From: Marsupella aquatica | Taxonomy: Eukaryota; Plantae; Marchantiophyta | Direction of reading: 5' to 3' | Length of the DNA: 64,000 nt | NCBI GenBank assembly: GCA_973895155.1 | Contig: OZ316891.1 | Span: forward strand, 26,591,972 to 26,655,971 | Shown here: positions 61,901-64,000 of the stretch, one piece after another | Position numbering within the stretch: position 1 is the first letter of the stretch | How the letters are laid out: the number at the start of each line of letters is the position of its first letter | Notes under the pieces: model-generated | The model's input: the letters and a program-made list of their open reading frames with translations, nothing else | Database searches by the model: none | What the model was told of the DNA's origin: nothing | Program-made: the position numbers and the translations under genes

Positions 61901-63294
61901 ACTCCCCTTCAAAATCACTGTCTCTCCCGACCTGACTTGAAGTTCACCATCAATAACGCTCCATTGATGACCATTTGAATCCAACACACCGAGTGAAATC
62001 AGATTCTTACGCATGCTAGGTACATACCTGACTCCGGACACTGTGCGCACAGCGCCATCAAACATTTGAATCTTCACAGACCCAATTCCCTCAATTTGAC
62101 AAGAGTGATCATTTCCCATCAGAACTGAACCGTTTGAAATAGAGTAAGAACTGAAAAACTCACAAATGTAACAAATATGAAAAGAGCAAGCACAATCAAG
62201 AATCCACACATCATCTGCTCTCCTAGATGACGTGCACAGGGCATACCCCCGGCTTCATAAAACATACTCATCATTGAGTAAATCAGCTTCTCCATCAGCC
62301 CTAGCCACATTTGCCGATGAAGTTTCCGCTGCCTTTCCCTTACAGTCTCGCTTGAAGTGTCCAACTTGGTTGCACTTCCAACATGTCACCTGCCTCCTCT
62401 GAGGGGATTTACCCTTGGACTTAGATCTGGATTTAGATCTAAACTGGGTTCTACGGTCCCCAGTTGGTCGCTGCATACCCCTCCCACGGTTAACATTGAG
62501 GGCAGCACCAGATGATGAAGGCTGTGATGTGATTTGCATCTTCTGCTGAAGATCATCACTAAGCAAAGAACTTACCACGTCATTATATGAAATGGTATCC
62601 CTATCACGATGCAATAACACTCGTGATAGGGACTGGTAAGATGGAGGCAATGAACTAAGAAGTTGCAGAGCCTTCGTCTCATCATTCAAAGTCTCCCCAA
62701 GGTTTTCCAAGTCAACGACCATGTCGTTGAAAGCATCCACATGGTCTTGCAACTTTGTGTCAGATTCCTTCATCCTGAAACTCATGAGTTTGTAGGAAGT
62801 GTAGAGCCGGTTCGACAACTCCTTGCGGTGATACTTGCTCTGCAATTCCGCAAACAAGGATATGCAATCCTTATGTGCACCCAACTGCTTGATGATGGGA
62901 GGCATGAGATAGAGTGTAACACACCACACTCCCTGCTCCTGCATGCGGTCCCATTGTTTCTCATCAACATCGTCTTCACGAGGGCTCAGCAGTTGGCCCA
63001 TCCCTGACGCATAGAGCACTCCCTTCACCTGCTTCTCCCATAGCAAGTAGTCAGAGCGCCCATCATACTTTGTCACTTCATACCAAGTCCCCCAAGCTTG
63101 AAAGTCCCCATCTTCTTCTTTGGCACTACCGTGAGCTCCGGTAGTAGTACTGCTTCCTCCACCACACGCCGCACCGGTGATGGTATCGGTGTCACGTGCT
63201 CTTCCTCCTGCTCCTCTCTCTGCCCCTGAAACCGCCGCGGTGATCCTCGTGCTTTAAGTTCCACGTCTTCGAAAAATTCCTCCGAATCACTCAT
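58983..63294 (-). pseudogene. Copia gag-pol polyprotein with disablements
   Basis: Gag with zinc knuckle CWKCNQVGHFKRDC, protease WILDCACSFH, WHSRLGH/CEHC, integrase HSDVWG/RSDNGGEY/NGVAER, RT YKARLVAKGF/QMDV/LYVDDML and RNase H DSDY/KHIDVRYHF. Frameshifts near 63075 and ~61830, in-frame TGA at 62255-62257 and TAG at 61323-61325. Confidence 0.92.
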
Positions 63295-64000
63295 ATGAGA
63301 AAATCACAAAAATTGTTGTTTTTCACAACTTCTCAAAAACTCGAAACTCAACACCGCCGCGTAGCCCACAAAGCTAGGAGTCCAATACTGAAAACCAAAA
63401 TCAAAATCGAAATTTGACGGAAAAGTTATTCAAATTTCGGTCAAGGTGGGTAAAACCTTGGGAAACTCCCCCGTTTTGACCACCTCAGGGAATAACTGAA
63501 ATACCAAGTACAACCCATTGTCGGAATTACGATGTGATTGGTGCGCCGCGTTGCCAACTTCAATGGCTACGACCTCGCCAAAAAATAACCAAAAAAGTTA
63601 CCGTTCGACGGATGAAATCTTTGTCGGACGGTCAAAAAATAGTTCTCTGGTTTTTTGGAATATTCTATGACCCTTGTACAGGCCCTGTGGGAATTTTGGA
63701 AGAACAATCGAGGGGCTGACACGTGTCCTCGAACCCCCAAAACCCCCTACCACCCTTCGTCGTCGAAATCTGGTCGCGCGCGCAGAAAATACACACGGCA
63801 GAATGTACTCCTCGACACCAAACGCAAGATATCTCACTCGGGTTTTGACGAAATCAAGATCTGATTTCAGATTTGGAAACTAGACTTCGAGGCGGTGAAG
63901 ATCGATATAAGAAGCACCCAAAACGAGGAAAGAACGAGGGAGAAAAAAATTGGTAAAGATGACAGATTTCTCTCAATTGCCATAGCCAATTTCGAATCAG

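Larger units (their letters stand above)
58372..64000 (-). mobile_element. Ty1/copia LTR retrotransposon, disabled; 5' LTR lies beyond the window
   Basis: Domain order is gag-PR-IN-RT-RH, followed by a polypurine tract (AGAGTCAAGGGGAAGAT, minus) abutting the 3' LTR. Confidence 0.95.

Overview
This is eukaryotic land-plant nuclear DNA: spliceosomal GT-AG introns, plant gene families and plant transposons. The lineage cannot be fixed from sequence alone. All exon joins were built by hand and checked for frame. Contents: (1) a tandem pair of closely related LRR receptor genes on +, one a kinase-less copy entering from the left edge (<1-2871) and one a complete 4-exon, non-RD, LRR-XII/FLS2-like receptor kinase (10832-16533); (2) a 3-exon single-C2-domain gene resembling the C-terminal C2B of plant synaptotagmins SYT4/5; (3) an intronless NDR1/HIN1-like (LEA_2) gene; (4) a 2-exon group-X-like AP2/ERF gene; (5) a 7-exon Sec14/CRAL-TRIO gene; (6) a disabled Ty1/copia retrotransposon (58372 to beyond the right edge) plus two related solo LTRs. 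There is also a local segmental duplication (~27260-29830 vs ~42730-44390), several MITE-like inverted-repeat elements and many tandem arrays. The most notable signals are the receptor pair, whose differences sit mainly in solvent-exposed LRR positions and in which one copy has lost the kinase and one LRR, and an in-frame stop at the copia gag/pol junction that lies inside a possible 45-nt in-frame intron. No CRISPR, rRNA or intact tRNA was found, and nothing here is demonstrably a new system without further tests.
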